Shown: one piece after another, positions 22,330 to 32,916 of the stretch
Layout: each line of letters starts with the position of its first letter
Position numbering within the stretch: position 1 is the stretch's first letter
Source of the DNA: Octopus sinensis
Lineage: Eukaryota
Reading direction: 5' to 3'
NCBI RefSeq assembly: GCF_006345805.1
Contig: NW_021835199.1
Span: forward strand, 1 to 42,645
DNA: 42,645 nucleotides
Notes under the pieces: model-generated
The model's input: the letters and a program-made list of their open reading frames with translations, nothing else
What the model was told of the DNA's origin: nothing
Databases searched by the model: none
Made by a program: the position numbers and the translations under genes

Positions 22330-23270
22330 GGGTGATTATCGTTTGATCGTGTGTATGGTGTGTAGTTACTTTTCGCTAGTATTGTGTGGTGTGTGATTGT
22401 TTTTCTATGATGTTGTGTCAGCGTTTTTCACCAGTGTTGTGTGGTGTGCAGTTGCTTTTCAGAGCTATTGTGTGGTGTGTAGTCGTTGCATTTCAGTGTT
22501 GTTGTGAAGTGTGTACCGCTATTTTTCTCAATTGGTATAGAATGGACGGATCACCAGTGATAAGTGTTGTGTGTTGTATAGGTTCCGTGATGTAGTCTTG
22601 TGACTCAGTGGTGTTATGTGTCACGGAGGTCCTCGGTCGTTGCTGGGTAGTCTCGTTACGTAGTTATTGTTCAGTGGTGGTGTTGTGTGATTATTTAGAG
22701 ATGTTGTGTAGAGCGTGATCGCTGAGTAGTGTTGTGTGGTATGCTATCGTTCAGTAACGCTATGTGTTGTTTGATTGTTTAGGGGTGTTGTGAGATGGTT
22801 CAGGGTTATTGTGTAATTGTGTCAAAGCGCATGGCCGAATGGTTAGCGTGTTGCACTTACGATCTCGAGATCGTGGTTTCCATTCCTGAGCTGGGTGGTG
22901 CATTGTCCTCCTGAGCAGAATACTTCATCTCGCACTGCTCTGCGATCACTCTGACACCGGATGTCACCCGTTCGGGCAACGTCGATTCAATGAACGGAAT
23001 AACCAAATGCACAACACAGACATTTTGATCCTTATAAGCGAATCATTTGAGCAGGTTGTTCAGCAACAAATTACAGAACCATCTTTCTCGGACTACGAGA
23101 GACTAGCATCATTACGTAACTGTTCGGTGGTGCTGTGTGAATGTTGTTGTTGTTGGTGGTGGTGTTGTTGTCTAGGAGTGCTGTGTATTGTGTGGTTCTT
23201 TATAAGTGTTGTATGTTCTATGGTCATTGCTCACTGATTGTGTGTGGTTATTGTCACAGAATAGCTGCGA
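22330..23270. repeat. Degenerate GT-rich minisatellite (GTGTTGTGTGGTGTGTAGTT-like units) interrupted by a SINE
   Basis: Repeated GTGTTGTG/TTGTGTGGT cores on both sides of 22826-23015. Confidence 0.65.
22826..23015 (+). mobile_element. tRNA-derived SINE (family 3) head and core
   Basis: GCGCATGGCCGAATGGTTAGCGTGTTGCAC...GGTTTCCATTCC (A and B box-like) followed by GCATTGTCCTCCTGAGCAGAATACTTC. Confidence 0.7.
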
Positions 23271-23436
23271 TTGGTCAATCCTACTCTGTGCTCTATAAAG
23301 TATTCGTTCCTTTACATAGAGGTGGTGCAGGTGTCCTCCACCACGGTCCCTATGACTCTTAGAAATCCATATAAGATTTTGATGCTGTTTATGCGCAACC
23401 CACTGGTTTTCCAGGTTGGGCGCATTACTTTTTTCT

Positions 23437-23866
23437 AGGCGCAGGTGTGGCTATGTGGTAAGAAACTTGCTTTCCAACCATATGGTTCTGAGCTCAGTCC
23501 CACTGCGTGGCACCTTGGGCAAGTGTCTTCTACTATAGCCTCGGGACGACCAATACCTTGTGAGTGAATTTGGTAGACGGAAACTGAAAGAAGCCGGTCA
23601 TATATATATAAATATATATATATACATATGTGTGTGTGTGAGTGTGTGTGTGTGTATGCATGCATTTGTCTCCCCTCATCGCTTGACAACCCGATGGCGA
23701 CGTGTTTACGTCCCCGTAAATTAGCGGTTCGGCAATAAAAGACCGATACCAATAAGTACTAGGCTTACAAAGAATAAGTCCTGGGGTCGACTTGTTTGAC
23801 TAAAGGCGGTGTTGCAGCATGGCCGCAGTAAAATGACTAAAACAAGTAAAAGAATAAAAGAATAAA
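23437..23866 (+). mobile_element. SINE family 1, best-preserved full-length copy (tRNA head, CORE-like ACCTTGGGCAAGTG, internal microsatellite, (AAAGAATA)n tail)
   Basis: Complete architecture is readable and shared with more than 10 other copies in the window. Confidence 0.9.
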
Positions 23867-23909
23867 TACAGAAAATATTTCTCTAATTCTTAATATTATT
23901 TAATTATAA

Positions 23910-24015
23910 ATTTCGGAGTCGATAAACTAAGTACCAGTTGAGTTCTGGGGGCAATGTGATCGACTGTGCCCCCTCCCCACAAAATCCAAGCCGTGTGCCT
24001 AGAGTAGAAAGGATT
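23910..24015 (+). mobile_element. SINE family 2, 3' part
   Basis: GAGTCGATAAACTAAGTACCAGTTGAG...CCCCTCCCCACAAAAT...GTAGAAAGGATTATT. Confidence 0.75.
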
Positions 24016-24974
24016 ATTTGACAATAGAAATATAATAGGATTTTTAAAAACATCGACTGGTAATGGGGGTGGAGGGAGTCCATCAGAAAAAAAGGGAATC
24101 AACGGAATCCAGACGTGAAAATGGGAGAGAATCAATGAGTTTATGACACAAGATGTTATAAGACAAGATGTTACGACACATTCGCGCATACGTGTGTGTG
24201 TGTGTGTGTTTGTGTGTGCGTGAGTGTGAACGTGTTTTTGCACCTGGTGAATCAGGTGAGTAAAATCTGTTTTAAAAGTTGTCTGAGAAGGTTGGCGATA
24301 GGAAGGATACCTATCGGTAAAATACTGTCTAAAAAAAGAAGACTTGTTCAACTCATACCGGAATGGAAAAACGGACGTTAAGGAACAACGAGGACGACGA
24401 CGGCGATGATGATGACCACGTGTGTATAATATATAACAGGCATATTCATATACACACATACACACACACGCATATATATATATATACACACAGGTATATC
24501 AAATATCATAGAACATAAATTCTTGCTGTATTAAGATTATTTTTGCCACTAGAGGCTGTATCAAAATTATTAAAAAGGGTGATTAAGATCAGCTTCACTT
24601 GAGAAGGGGAGATAATCTTAAGAGTCAAAGGCCATTCAGGAATAAAAGGCTGGTTTATTGTCTAGAGATAAGAGGACACATTTTTCTACCCCGATAACCG
24701 TCATCAGCACAACTTTATCTCCAGTAGCCAAGGGAGTAAATACACACACACACACACACACATATATACATAGTGTGTCTTTCTGTAAATATATGTGAAG
24801 TGCGCTAAGCAATGTCTGGTATATGGTGCGGTGGTTTGTTGTTGGTTTGACGAGATGTGTCTGCATGTTTATGTGAGAACGGATCAGTCCACATGAAACG
24901 CACGAGCGACTCGAGATGACGAATTCCTCTCACTTTCAACTTCAGTTGTTCGATTAGATGAACAACCATTTACC

Positions 24975-25310
24975 CTTTTTGTATCTTTTGCTTGCCTCAG
25001 TCATTGGACTACAGCCATGCTGGAGCACCGCCTTGAAGGGTTTTGTCGAATAAATCGACCCAGTGCTTCTCATAATTTTGCCTGGTTCTTATTCTTTCGA
25101 GGTCTTTTCCTGAACCGCTAAGTTATGGACACGCAAACAAAAGAACATCAGTTGTCAAGCGTGATTGGACACACACACACACACACGACGGGCTTTCACA
25201 CAGTTTTCGTCCACCAAAGCCACTTACATACATTGGTCGATCCGGAGCTGTAATAGTAGACACTTGCTTAACTTGCTTCGCAGTGAGACAGAACCACATA
25301 GCCATGAATT
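24975..25310 (-). mobile_element. SINE family 1, diverged
   Basis: CAGTCATTGGACTACAGCCATGCTGGAGCACCGCCTTGAAGGG...GTAGACACTTGC. Confidence 0.8.
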
Positions 25311-25589
25311 TGGGTCCGAGGTGTCCGAGCATTGCTCATATAGATGTACCCTTAATGTACCCTTAATGTAACCCTCAAGTTTGAATCAGTTAGACATAGT
25401 ATATGAGAAAGGTGCAGCTCTGAGTACAATCCACACAGCAAAATCCCACTGACTGATTGTCAAACCTATTTCGCTGATAATCTTGGGTGCTGCCAATGTC
25501 ATCCTCCACAAATTCGTGTCACTCACTCTCATAAAGTACATACGACCTCAACAGATTTTCTTTTTTCGGTATTTTTCCCTGTAATTCAT

Positions 25590-26241
25590 TTGGATGCCCC
25601 ACCCGTCCTCCTTACTAGGGAAAAGGCTAGTAAAGGGACCCAGTTTACTCACTGACTTGCCCACCAAGAGCAGGTAGTTCTGACAGGATTACATAGTGAC
25701 CAAAAACAGAAAGAGTGACCATCGGCCAGTGGTGGAATTGTTATGACGAAGCTAGAGAGTGTGATAACCAGGGCAGTATTTGAGTTTACTTCCCGCCTGG
25801 GCCTTCAAGCTTATTCAGGCCCATACAACAGACCCAAAAGTGCTATTCCCTTACAGACGTCATCCAGGGTCGTCAGCCCCGCACTCGCCCCTTGCAAACT
25901 ATGCTATTGTGGAATTGGTCCAGACCAAACAATGAGTCCACTCAGCTTGCAACAATGGGCGACACTGCAACAGACCGGTACCCCGATGAGTGGAGCGAGC
26001 GGGGGGCGCTGTTGTACACGTCACAGAATCCTGGAAACCTTGTAGGGAGACTTTGTTGGGAAAGTCTTTTGAACCTTGATTGAAAAAGTGTGTGAATACC
26101 CACCTATAGGGGGGGGTTGTGTGTATATGGAGGTAGCATAAGAGAGTATGTTTAAGTGTGTGAAGTCCTTTACACAGTTCTGGCTCATTTCCAGTCAGTG
26201 CAACATGGCCCTTGTTCCTTTCGGCGCTCGGCTTCGTAACA
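25590..26241 (+). mobile_element. Possible decayed Gypsy-type LTR retrotransposon 3' end (integrase GPY region, PPT, short LTR)
   Basis: LQAYSGPY (GPY-like, 25818-25826) and PSSLLGKRL; polypurine AGGGGGGGG (26108-26116) followed by TG...GTAACA (26118-26241). Confidence 0.4.
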
Positions 26242-27021
26242 ATATCTACCAGTAAAGTACTGAGTACCATTTAATCGTCTCTCTGCCTTGCTATCTGCAG
26301 TTTTCCTAGATTTGTGGTCCTGGTAACAATTTGAAGCATTCTAACACATTAATAAGATATAGACAAATTTTTATATATTTGTGAAATAGATATAAATATA
26401 TATAATTATACAAGTTGACTGTTTGCGTAGATATGTGTGCGTCACTTCGACAAACGACTCTGAAATGATTGCATCAGGATTATATGAATATGCCTGAACA
26501 CAGGAACCGCACACGCGTTCGGGCATATGTAAACAAAAATTATACTTTTACCATTCGTTCTTCCTCTATATCTACACCAATCCCTAAACATAAACATATA
26601 TTCAGCTATACATTCACACTCACACCAACAGACACACAAACGCACACACACGTACATGCATTTCACTGTAAGAATTATGAAATATATACAAGCTGATATG
26701 ATAGGTGTGTGTGCATTATCTGATGAAGAACTCAATACTTAAGTCAGAGAGGAAAGATCAACCGCCTGGCAAACTCGATCCGATTTACCGAACCGCTAGT
26801 ATAAAGGGATGTAAACAAACCAACACCAGATGTCAAGCGGCGACGAGAGGTACACACACACTTTCTCTCTCTCTCTCTCTCTCTCACCATCTCTCCCTCT
26901 CTCCGCTCTCCCCTTTGCTGCCAATACCTTTTGTTGCCTTTGTAGTCGAATGCATAATTATGGTCTCCTCCTACAAATCTATTAAGAAGTAGGCTTGCAG
27001 CAGCAGCAGCAGTCGTAGTAA

Positions 27022-27071
<50 letters not shown>

Positions 27072-27444
27072 ACAGCAGCAGTAGTAGTTGTAATGGAGGA
27101 GGAGGAAGAGGAGACAGAGGGGAGAAGGAGGAAAAGAAGAATGACGAGGGAAAGGAGGAGGAAAGGTGAAGGAGTTTCAACTACAGCTAGTAGTAGTAGT
27201 AGTAGTGCGTTCATCGTCATGTGGTTAAAAACTTGGCTCGCAATTACTCGTTTTTGGCTTCGGTCACTAAATAACAAACACGTTTTATATAAAAGCTGGT
27301 GCATCGAACAAAATTATTTTTTGTGTGTTTTTTTTAATATTAAGTTGCATGCACAGAGTCACAGTTACCATGGAAATTGCGGCAAACCAGTCAAGGATAT
27401 ACCTATTCTTATTCTACGATGCTTTTGTTCACTAAACTCTTGCT

Positions 27445-27800
27445 ATGGCTGTGTGGTTAAGACGTCCACTTTGCAAACATGTGAATTGCGGGTTCAGTCC
27501 CTCTGCGCGGCACCTTGGACTACTGCCTTCTATTTTAGACCCGGGCCGACCGATGCCTTGTGATATGTGTACATGTGTGTGTGTGTTTGACACCCTCGCT
27601 TGACAAGTGGTGTTTGTTTACGGTGTTTGTTTGTTTAGGTTTCGGTTCAGCCAAAAAAAAATAAGAAAAAAGAAAACCGATAGCGTAAATCCCAGACTTA
27701 AAATTAAGAGGACAAGAAATGTCCTGAAGTCGATTTGTTCGACTACAGTCTTCGATGTAGATGCCCCAGCATGGCCGCAATCCTATGAGTGAAACACATA
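27445..27800 (+). mobile_element. SINE family 1, diverged
   Basis: GGCTGTGTGGTTAAG...GGTTCAGTCCC...GCACCTTGG...GCCCCAGCATGGCCGCA. Confidence 0.78.
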
Positions 27801-28369
27801 ACAGAAAAGAGCTAATTGTCGATGGTTTTCCGGCGTCATTATGGCATAACGGGGGTATCTGTTGTTCGAACGACCATGCTTTCCCAATCGTGACCATCCC
27901 GATTATTTTTCTCTCCTTTATGCAGGAATCCTAGGCAGGGACTGTCTTGGCAGTATTACATGTCTTCAGACAAAGCCATGTGTTTAACAGCAAATAACAG
28001 CTGATATATTCTCGGCATGGGGTCCCTAGACACCATGTCCCCCACCCCCGGGCACTGTCCAGGGTGCACTAGAAACTTGAAACTAGACCAAGGTGTTCTT
28101 TTATAAACATCGTTGTGTGTGATCTGCAATGGAAGTAGTGGTGGGGGTATAGATGGTGGTGGTGGTGGTGGTGGTGGTGGTGGTGGTGGTTTAGGCTGTG
28201 ACGGTGGTGTTGGTGTTAGTGGTGGTGGTGGTGGTGGTCCTGGTGACAAAAGATTTCGTATGTCTGCCTACATACGCAGAGCAGTGTCCTGGTTTCTCGG
28301 GGAGAACTTTTATAGTTTACGATATGACTGAACACGAAATAACGAAGAAGGAAACGGCAGATTATAGAT

Positions 28370-28497
28370 ATAAGGAGAGAATGAGAGAGAGAGAAAGGGA
28401 GTGAGGGGAGAAAGAGGAGAACATAATACGAGAGAGGGAGAGAGAGAAAGGAGAGGTGGGAAGTAAAAGAGAAGTGGACAGAGATGACGCAAGGTAC

Positions 28498-28534
<37 letters not shown>

Positions 28535-28880
28535 AGAAACAGGTGTAGAGAGAAGGCGAGGAAGAGGAAGAAGAGGAGTTGGAGAGAGGGAGAAAGGAGA
28601 GGGGCTGAAAGTGAATGTAACAGAAAGAAGAGGAGGAGTAATAAAGAGCGTACAAGTTGTGTGACAGAGAGAGAGAGAGAGAGAGAGAGAAAGGGAGAGA
28701 CAGACAGACAGAGAAAGTCTATGAGAGGCAGACTGTGTGTGTATAAGGGAGAGTGAGAAATTGTGAGTGTGAAAAAGAGAAAGAGCGTGTGTGTGGGCGA
28801 AGGATTGATAGAGAGAGAGATAGTAAACGAGCTGTTTTTTTTTATGGTGGAAAAGTGGAACAAGAGAGAGAGAATAAGCA
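28370..28880. repeat. Purine-rich (GA)n low-complexity tract
   Basis: Direct reading; accounts for the L/S/F-rich 221 and 228 aa minus-strand ORFs. Confidence 0.85.
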
Positions 28881-28943
28881 AAGTGCGTTGTGGCCCTCAC
28901 ATACAGATGCACGCGTGCGCGCATACAGGCAAAGCACATGCTA

Positions 28944-28979
<36 letters not shown>

Positions 28980-29309
28980 AGAGTCACACATGACATTGAT
29001 AAGCTCCAATACGCGAAACTCTCGGCCCTTGAGTCCCTCTCACCTCCACCGATTTAGGATAAAATGTATCATCTGCTCGTGTGTTTGAGTTCTCTCCTCT
29101 TTTCATCCCTAACACACACACACACACACACGCACACACTCACACACACACACACACGCACACGCTCACACACACACTCACACACACACTCACACACACA
29201 TACACACACATACACACATACACATGCATACACACAGATACACGCGCATACACACACATACACGCATACACATACATACACACATTCAAACACACACATA
29301 CACGTATAA

Positions 29310-29498
29310 GCTTTTATTCCTTGACTTGTTTCAGTCATTAGACTGCGGCCATGCTGGAGCTCTGTCTAGAAGAGTTTAGTCGAACAAATCCACCCCAGTA
29401 TAGATTTCTTTAAGCCTAGTACTTATTCTATCGTCCCTTAGGACGAACCGCTAAGTTACGGGCACGTAAATAAGCCAAACAAGGTGTGAGTCAAACTG

Positions 29499-29510
<12 letters not shown>
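29310..29510 (-). mobile_element. SINE family 1, 3' half
   Basis: GTTTCAGTCATTAGACTGCGGCCATGCTGGAGC...GAACCGCTAAGTTACGGG. Confidence 0.85.
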
Positions 29511-29536
<26 letters not shown>

Positions 29537-29679
29537 GGGCGCGAGGGGTGGCAGTGTGGTAAGAATGTTACTTCCCAAACACATGCTTCCGAGTTCAATT
29601 CTATAGCCTCGGGCCGACCAAAGACTTGTGAATGGATTTGATACTCGGAAACCTAAAGAAGCCCGACATACACACACAC

Positions 29680-29762
<83 letters not shown>

Positions 29763-29990
29763 TATATATATATGTATGTATATGTTATATGATATTTGTG
29801 CATCTGTGTTTATCCCCTACCATTGCTTTTCAACCAATGTCGGTGTGTTTACGTCCCTCTAACTTAGCGGTTCGGTAAGAGGGATCGATAGAATAAGCAC
29901 TATGCTTACAAAGAATAAGTCCTGGTGTCGATTTGTTAGACTGCATGGCCGCAGTCAAATGGCTGAAACAAGTAAAAGAATAAAAGAACA
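29537..29990 (+). mobile_element. SINE family 1, full length with expanded internal (TA)n
   Basis: Head GGGCGCGAGGGGTGGCAGTGTGGTAAG, tail GCATGGCCGCAGTCAAATGGCTGAAACAAGTAAAAGAATAAAAG. Confidence 0.85.
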
Positions 29991-30012
29991 CATACATACA
30001 TACACACACATA

Positions 30013-30045
<33 letters not shown>

Positions 30046-30141
30046 TACACATATATGTACTATATATATATTATTGTTGGCATCCTTTTTGTCTCGGGGG
30101 ACAATGGAGTGGCGCATAAAATAATCTAGTCCGGCTTTTAC

Positions 30142-30232
<91 letters not shown>

Positions 30233-30238
30233 TATATG

Positions 30239-30297
<59 letters not shown>

Positions 30298-30408
30298 CAA
30301 ACATATATATCGTCAATTCAATAAACAATCAGTTCAAAGAAACGTATAATAAAATTAATGGACACCATGAGGATGTGCAGAGGAAATTTGTTCGGTAAAA
30401 TGTGAGAG

Positions 30409-30441
30409 TTTGACGTTTCGAGCATAGCTCTTCGTCGGAAA
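30409..30441 (-). ncRNA. Minimal type I hammerhead ribozyme motif (Penelope-like element type) with a U4C core change
   Basis: Minus strand UUU-CCGACGA-A-GAGC(UAU)GCUC-GAAA-CGUC-AAA: core CNGANGA, 4-bp stem II, GAAA, loopless palindromic ACGU stem III, GUC cleavage triplet, 3-bp stem I. Confidence 0.6.
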
Positions 30442-30539
30442 GGAGAAAGAGAAAAGGACAAAGGAAAAGAAGTGGCTAACAGCATGTGGTGTGGTTACAT
30501 TATATACATATATATATATATACATGCATTTACACGACA

Positions 30540-30695
30540 TGTTTCGTTCAGTTTTCGTCCACTAGATCTACTCACAAGGTTTTGGTCGGCTCGAGGCTGT
30601 AGTAGAAGATATTTGCTCAAGGTGCGACGTAGTGGCACTGAACCCAGAACCATGTGATTGAGAAGCAAACTTCTTGCTACACACCTTTGCCTGCA
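30540..30695 (-). mobile_element. SINE family 1 head
   Basis: TTGGTCGGCTCGAGGCTGTAGTAGAAGA...CTCAAGGTGC...ACTGAACCCAGAACCATGTG. Confidence 0.8.
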
Positions 30696-30970
30696 TAATT
30701 CTAATTGAGACTAGGTCAACATAAGAAGGTGCGAGGGAGGAGAGAAGACTGTAAAGGTGGCGGTGGTTGTGGTGGTGGTGGTGTCGGTGGAGTATAGCAA
30801 GTGTATAAGTAGAAAAAGGAAAACAAAGTAAAAAATGATTGCGTGACTAGACCAGTTTTACCCCTCAATGGACGAAACCCTCAGCGTTTGCGCTGATGTG
30901 TGTGTTGTGTATATATATATATAGATAGACATAGATATATACATATATATATATATATAATATATATATT

Positions 30971-31015
<45 letters not shown>

Positions 31016-31025
31016 ATATATATAT

Positions 31026-31131
<106 letters not shown>

Positions 31132-31576
31132 ATATAATATATATATATATACATACAAATATATAAGTGTGTGTGTGTGTGTGTGTGTATGATTATATAC
31201 GAACCGGCTTCTATATGTTGGTGTGTGTTGTCCAACAGTGATAGGGAAACACAGAGATAAACAAATCAGACAGATATGTCGGTCGCTAAGTAGTTTTGTT
31301 ATTTTATCTTTTTACCTTCCTGTCTACCTATTGAGCTAACCGTCCTTCTACCTACATATGTGGCTATCTAGCGGTACTCAGGTACATAAAACACATCTCT
31401 CGGCAACCACAGAGAACAAATGATACCAATGGCCAAGTGAGAGAGTGTGACTGTGCTGGCTGTTTCGTCCAATCAGAGGTCAACACTGATCGAGGAGACT
31501 CGACACAGACTTAAGACTTTCCAATAGTGGCGACACCGACGGTTGATTATTATCATTATTATCATTATTATTATTA

Positions 31577-31610
<34 letters not shown>

Positions 31611-31612
<2 letters not shown>

Positions 31613-31712
31613 GGGCGAAATGCTTAATAGTATTTCGTCTGCCACTAGGTTCAGAATTCAAATTCCGCTGAGGTTGACTTTGCCTTTCATCGTTCCGGGG
31701 TTGATAAATTAA
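31611..31712 (+). mobile_element. SINE family 2 head/body fragment after (TTA)n
   Basis: GGGCGAAATGCTT...TTCAAATTCCGCTGAGGTTGACTTTGCCTTTCATC. Confidence 0.8.
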
Positions 31713-31840
31713 TCAAATTCACTCATAACGCATTAATCGGCCCAGGACTATAGTAGCCCAAAAGGTGCTGTGCAGTGGGACTGAACTGGAAACAACATGG
31801 CTGCAAAGTGAGTTTCTTTACTACACCACCTGATTATCTG

Positions 31841-31987
31841 CTTACCTTCTTCCCCATCAGTCTCAAACGTCCTTTAAAGAACCACGTGAAATTCCCTGAC
31901 CCCTTCATTAACCAATAAAACAACATGGCGTCCTCTTTGACGGAAGAAGACACTTTCTTCTTTTACTTTTTTTTTTTTTTCGTAAGT
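31841..31987. promoter_or_regulatory. Candidate bidirectional promoter or first-exon zone
   Basis: Outward-facing donors (minus AAG|GTAAGC at 31846/31845; plus C|GTAAGT at 31981/31982) around CACGTG (31883), CCAAT (31912) and YY1-like CAACATGGCG (31921). Confidence 0.3.
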
Positions 31988-32356
31988 CGTACATTTTCAG
32001 ATTCGAAATTCGAAACAAAGCCTCAAATTTTAATGACTTAATTATTGACAAAACCCTACATATCTGCAGGAATCTAAATATTCTCATAATACTTTAGTAG
32101 CAACTGGAAACATTTATGGAATCGATCGATTTCTCATTGATCTGAAAATGGCAAATGAAGACACACCCAGAAACATTTGCAACGCATAGATCTACGCATG
32201 TAATTTGTGAAATGTGTCTCTCAGAGCATCGGCAGAGGGAAATGCCGCCTTTTACTGAGTAAATTAATATCCCAGTGTTGCAGCATCTATCAAGTAGTTG
32301 CTATTATTTCATACATTTGAACCAGTCCAATGCAGAGAATTAAATAAATAACATAA

Positions 32357-32579
32357 CATATTCTGTTGTGTCTGGGAAGAATCATTTTCTTTTTGTGCCT
32401 TATAATTTAACACACTCACCGGTAAAATTTCCACTTTTTTCTTATTTTTATTGTCCTAAAATTTTCGTTGCGTCTTGCAGGACAATAAAAATAAGAAAAA
32501 AGTGGAAATTTTACCGGTGAGTGTGTTAAATTATAAGGCACAAAAAGAAAATGACTCTCCCCAGACACAACAGAATATG
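32357..32579. repeat. Fold-back inverted repeat: two 101-bp arms (99/101 identical) and a 21-nt spacer
   Basis: Left arm 32357-32457, right arm 32479-32579. The only two differences are A versus G. Confidence 0.96.
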
Positions 32580-32902
32580 CTTCAACAGACACGAACTCAT
32601 ATAAAGAATCTTGCAAACCAAATCCAAAAACGAAATATAACATATAATAGATGCTGTAATACAAGTAATCGAGTAATCGAGAAGTGACAATATCTGGAAC
32701 AATACATTATATGTTTGTTTAATCATTGGTTGAGCAGAAGGATGCAGTGAAAGCATATTGGGCCGGTTACCTGGAGATTTTTGGATCGAGACGATGTTCC
32801 CCTTAGCTATAGATAACTGAGTGCCCTACAAATAAACCATAAACATGTGCATAGACCTATAGGGGTAGATACTAATTCTATTATGCCATAGAAATTTTTA
32901 TA

Positions 32903-32916
32903 GGGTCAAGAGGTCA
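32903..32916 (+). promoter_or_regulatory. Nuclear-receptor DR2 element GGGTCA-AG-AGGTCA
   Basis: Two perfect RGGTCA half-sites 2 nt apart, with an AT-rich 5' flank (TTTTTATA). Confidence 0.3.

Noticed and set aside
23391-23425. Small hairpin ATGCGC...GCGCAT, and similar short stems near 7503, 15080 and 38433
   Set aside because: Stems of 9 bp or less, or heavily bulged; expected by chance.
23896-24489. 197-aa minus-strand ORF
   Set aside because: Starts in a microsatellite, crosses (TG)n and ends in a SINE; no recognisable domain.
24250-27930. Plus-strand donor CAG|GTGAGT (24256) and acceptor TTTATGCAG| (27925) as a divergent spliced gene
   Set aside because: No open frame after the acceptor and no other evidence; isolated splice-like motifs are frequent in this composition.
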